This document shows, one piece after another, positions 61,901 through 64,000 of a DNA stretch of 64,000 nucleotides. The DNA is taken from assembly GCF_048593235.1 (NCBI RefSeq), contig NC_133617.1:419968958-420032957 (forward strand), in the 5' to 3' direction. Under the pieces are notes generated by a model. It was not told the origin of the DNA and made no database searches. It saw only the letters and a list, made by a program, of their open reading frames with translations. Position 1 is the stretch's first letter. Every line of letters begins with the position of its first letter. The stretch comes from Sminthopsis crassicaudata (Eukaryota). The translations under genes were made by a program, and so were the position numbers.

Positions 61901-63692
61901 CCTATGATCAAATCATTCCTCCTCCCTCCCCTACCCCATTCCTGTCCCCACCCAGCTCCAGATTCTGTCTAGTTCTCTATGGGGCCCTATGGGCTCCCGG
62001 CTCCAATGGAACTTCAGGGCAACACAGCCTCTGAACGGGCGAATGATTGAGGCTTCCTTCCCTACTACTACCATTCCCGACGATAAACCACCACATCCTA
62101 GGGACCCAACTGCTGAGCCAGGTAAGACCATTCCCCGCCTCCGTGGATTCCTGTGTCCCTGAATCTTAGGTTCTAACTTTGTCATTTCCCTTTCTCTCCC
62201 CTATTCAGTGCATGGGAGCTCCTGCCTGAGTATTGGTAAGTTTTTGACAGGAAAAATCTTTCTTCTCCTGACTCCCAAGGATCCTTGAGGGTTCTTCTGG
62301 GGCCTCTTTAGATGGTTGTGGCAGCAACATTGGTCAAGAAAATGATCCATTTTGCCCTGCTTTGCTATCCCCATCTTTGACCTAATTAGGAATCCTATTA
62401 CCTGGTCCTTATTTTATCCCTGTTACTATCCCTAAATCCAGTGACCCCTGAGCACACATATTTATCTTATTATTGTTTGTTTTTCTTGCTGAGGTGGGGG
62501 ATTGGAGATAAGAAGGAATAACAAAGGGGAATTTAAATAAGAGGAAAAGATGAAGTTTCCTAAATAATTGCATGAGAAAGGTTAAGGTGTCCATGGATTA
62601 TTTGGTACCAGTTTTGAGCTCTGAAGGACCTCAGTATATGGCAGTATAACCCTTCATTTTACAGATGAAGAAATTGAGGTCTATAACTTGCCCACAATCT
62701 CATAGGTTGTAAGCCTCAAGAGTAGAATTTGAACCTGAGTCCTCTGACTTCCTGGGCAGTGTTCTTTCCATTGTATTTCACTGTTATATGTTAACTTTGC
62801 AGTTACTGCTCCTTGATCCCACCCTTCCATACCATTTCCTATCCCCATGCACATAGCTGCTTTATTATCCACACACAGCTACTAATCCTGTGTATATATA
62901 TATATATTTTTTTTGTAGACAACATAGGTAACTTCATAGGAAATCTTGGGACATAGATTAGTTTGTTAGTTACATCAGAGGTTTAAAAATTATTAATTTG
63001 CTTTACATGGAAAACACTTTATCTGCCAATAACTTTTTTTTTCACCTAACCAGCCTCTTTCACTCTTATATCCATCACTACCATTTCTATCATTTCTTTC
63101 CTACAGGCGACATCTTGGCCCTGATCTTTGGACTTCTGTTTGCTGTCACAAGTGTGGCCTTCCTCCTATATATGAAGCGTCAGAAAAGGCAAAGATTATC
63201 TAATTTTTGAATCAGAAGGAATTTTAACGTTATGTAGGTCAACCCCCTCAGTTTACAGATGAGAAAACTGAGTTCCCAAGAGAGGAAAAGTGCCCATCAT
63301 TCCATAGCTGCTGTAAATATTACCTTTCCTTTCCTGAAACCCAGTTCCTCTTTCCCCATTTCTTTCAGTACCACTAACCTCTTGCCCTCTTCCCTATTTC
63401 TCATCCCTTTACCGTACATACAATTTCTCATCCAGTGTGCACATCCTGTGTATACAAAGCTTCCTCTCCTTATCTGTCATCCCCTGACCCTAGGACCTTT
63501 GCCATCTTAACTCAGCAGATCCCAGACTCCTTTGGGTCATTTCAAGAGCATACAAATTCCCTGAAAGTGAGCTGATTGTGTTGCTTTGTGACTAAAATTT
63601 AATTTGGATCCCCTCTGTTTCCTAGGCCAAGGAGTGTTGCCAAAGACAATAGCATCTACTACCCTGCAGAGCTGACTGAGACAGCCACCTAG
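55903..63692 (+). CDS. CA9: Carbonic anhydrase IX, 460 aa
   Basis: Exons 55903-56281, 58087-58116, 58588-58758, 58931-59073, 59164-59256, 59645-59711, 61382-61539, 61956-62121, 62209-62235, 63107-63188 and 63626-63692; 1383 nt in frame; the last intron is GC-AG. Signal peptide, acidic PG domain, [35 protein letters not shown], and [21 protein letters not shown]. Confidence 0.97.
56400..57670. repeat. Purine-rich (GA) low-complexity tract in CA9 intron 1, with a SINE at ~56875-56990
   Basis: Long runs of gaaa/ggaa/gaag on the plus strand. Confidence 0.75.
57850..59300. other. Intragenic CpG island over CA9 exons 2-5
   Basis: High CpG density in exons and introns compared with the flanks. Confidence 0.65.
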
Positions 63693-63790
63693 CCAGGGAG
63701 GTAGACTGAAAGACTGATCTCAAAGTCCCAAAGAGCTGGAGATGAGCTCTTTCCCAACCACTTCCCCTGCAATCCCTCTATATTTTTTTA

Positions 63791-63809
63791 AATAAATGTT
63801 TCTAATAAA
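63791..63809 (+). terminator. CA9 poly(A) signals
   Basis: AATAAA at 63791 and 63804, about 100 nt after the stop codon. Confidence 0.8.
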
Positions 63810-64000
63810 ATGTTCCAAAGTCCCATGTTACCATTCAATCTTGGGGAGGTTGGGGAAGAAGAGGGTTGGATTCATCATCATTGGATTCATAGTCATTAAG
63901 TAGTTGCTCCCATGTCTCTGAGAAGATACAGGAAGGGAGATTCTACTGAAAGAACTCTTCCTAACAAGTGAGTTAGACTACTAAGAGTAATAGCTAGCAC

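Noticed and set aside
1-64000. CRISPR arrays, tRNA/rRNA genes or prokaryotic systems
   Set aside because: The sequence is eukaryotic with no repeat-spacer arrays, and the tRNA-like boxes all belong to SINE heads.

Overview
Mammalian genomic DNA, most likely a dasyurid-type marsupial (inferred from WSINE1/MAR1-like CORE-SINEs, marsupial-type L1 3' ends and abundant L2). The window is syntenic with human 9p13.3. I hand-spliced five protein-coding genes, each giving an intact frame: an uncharacterised 297-aa Myb/SANT-like (trihelix/Harbinger-type) plus coiled-coil gene (+, 24062-26533), SIT1 (-), CCDC107 (+), ARHGEF39 (-) and CA9 (+, 11 exons). RMRP (RNase MRP RNA, -) lies back-to-back with CCDC107 and has a type-3 Pol III promoter. 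The first ~21 kb and the 42-55 kb interval are mostly retroelement debris. Best leads: (1) the intact orphan Myb/SANT-like gene under a triple ZNF143-like promoter; (2) two independent L1 insertions into near-identical ~30-bp target sites; (3) a palindromic AATAAATTTATT poly(A) element between the convergent CCDC107 and ARHGEF39; (4) CA9 peculiarities: a GC-AG last intron, loss of the dimer cysteine and a 12-unit hexamer PG domain; (5) an LTR-like element flanked by ~97-bp direct repeats. Homology calls rely on remembered reference sequences, not database searches, and repeat boundaries are approximate.
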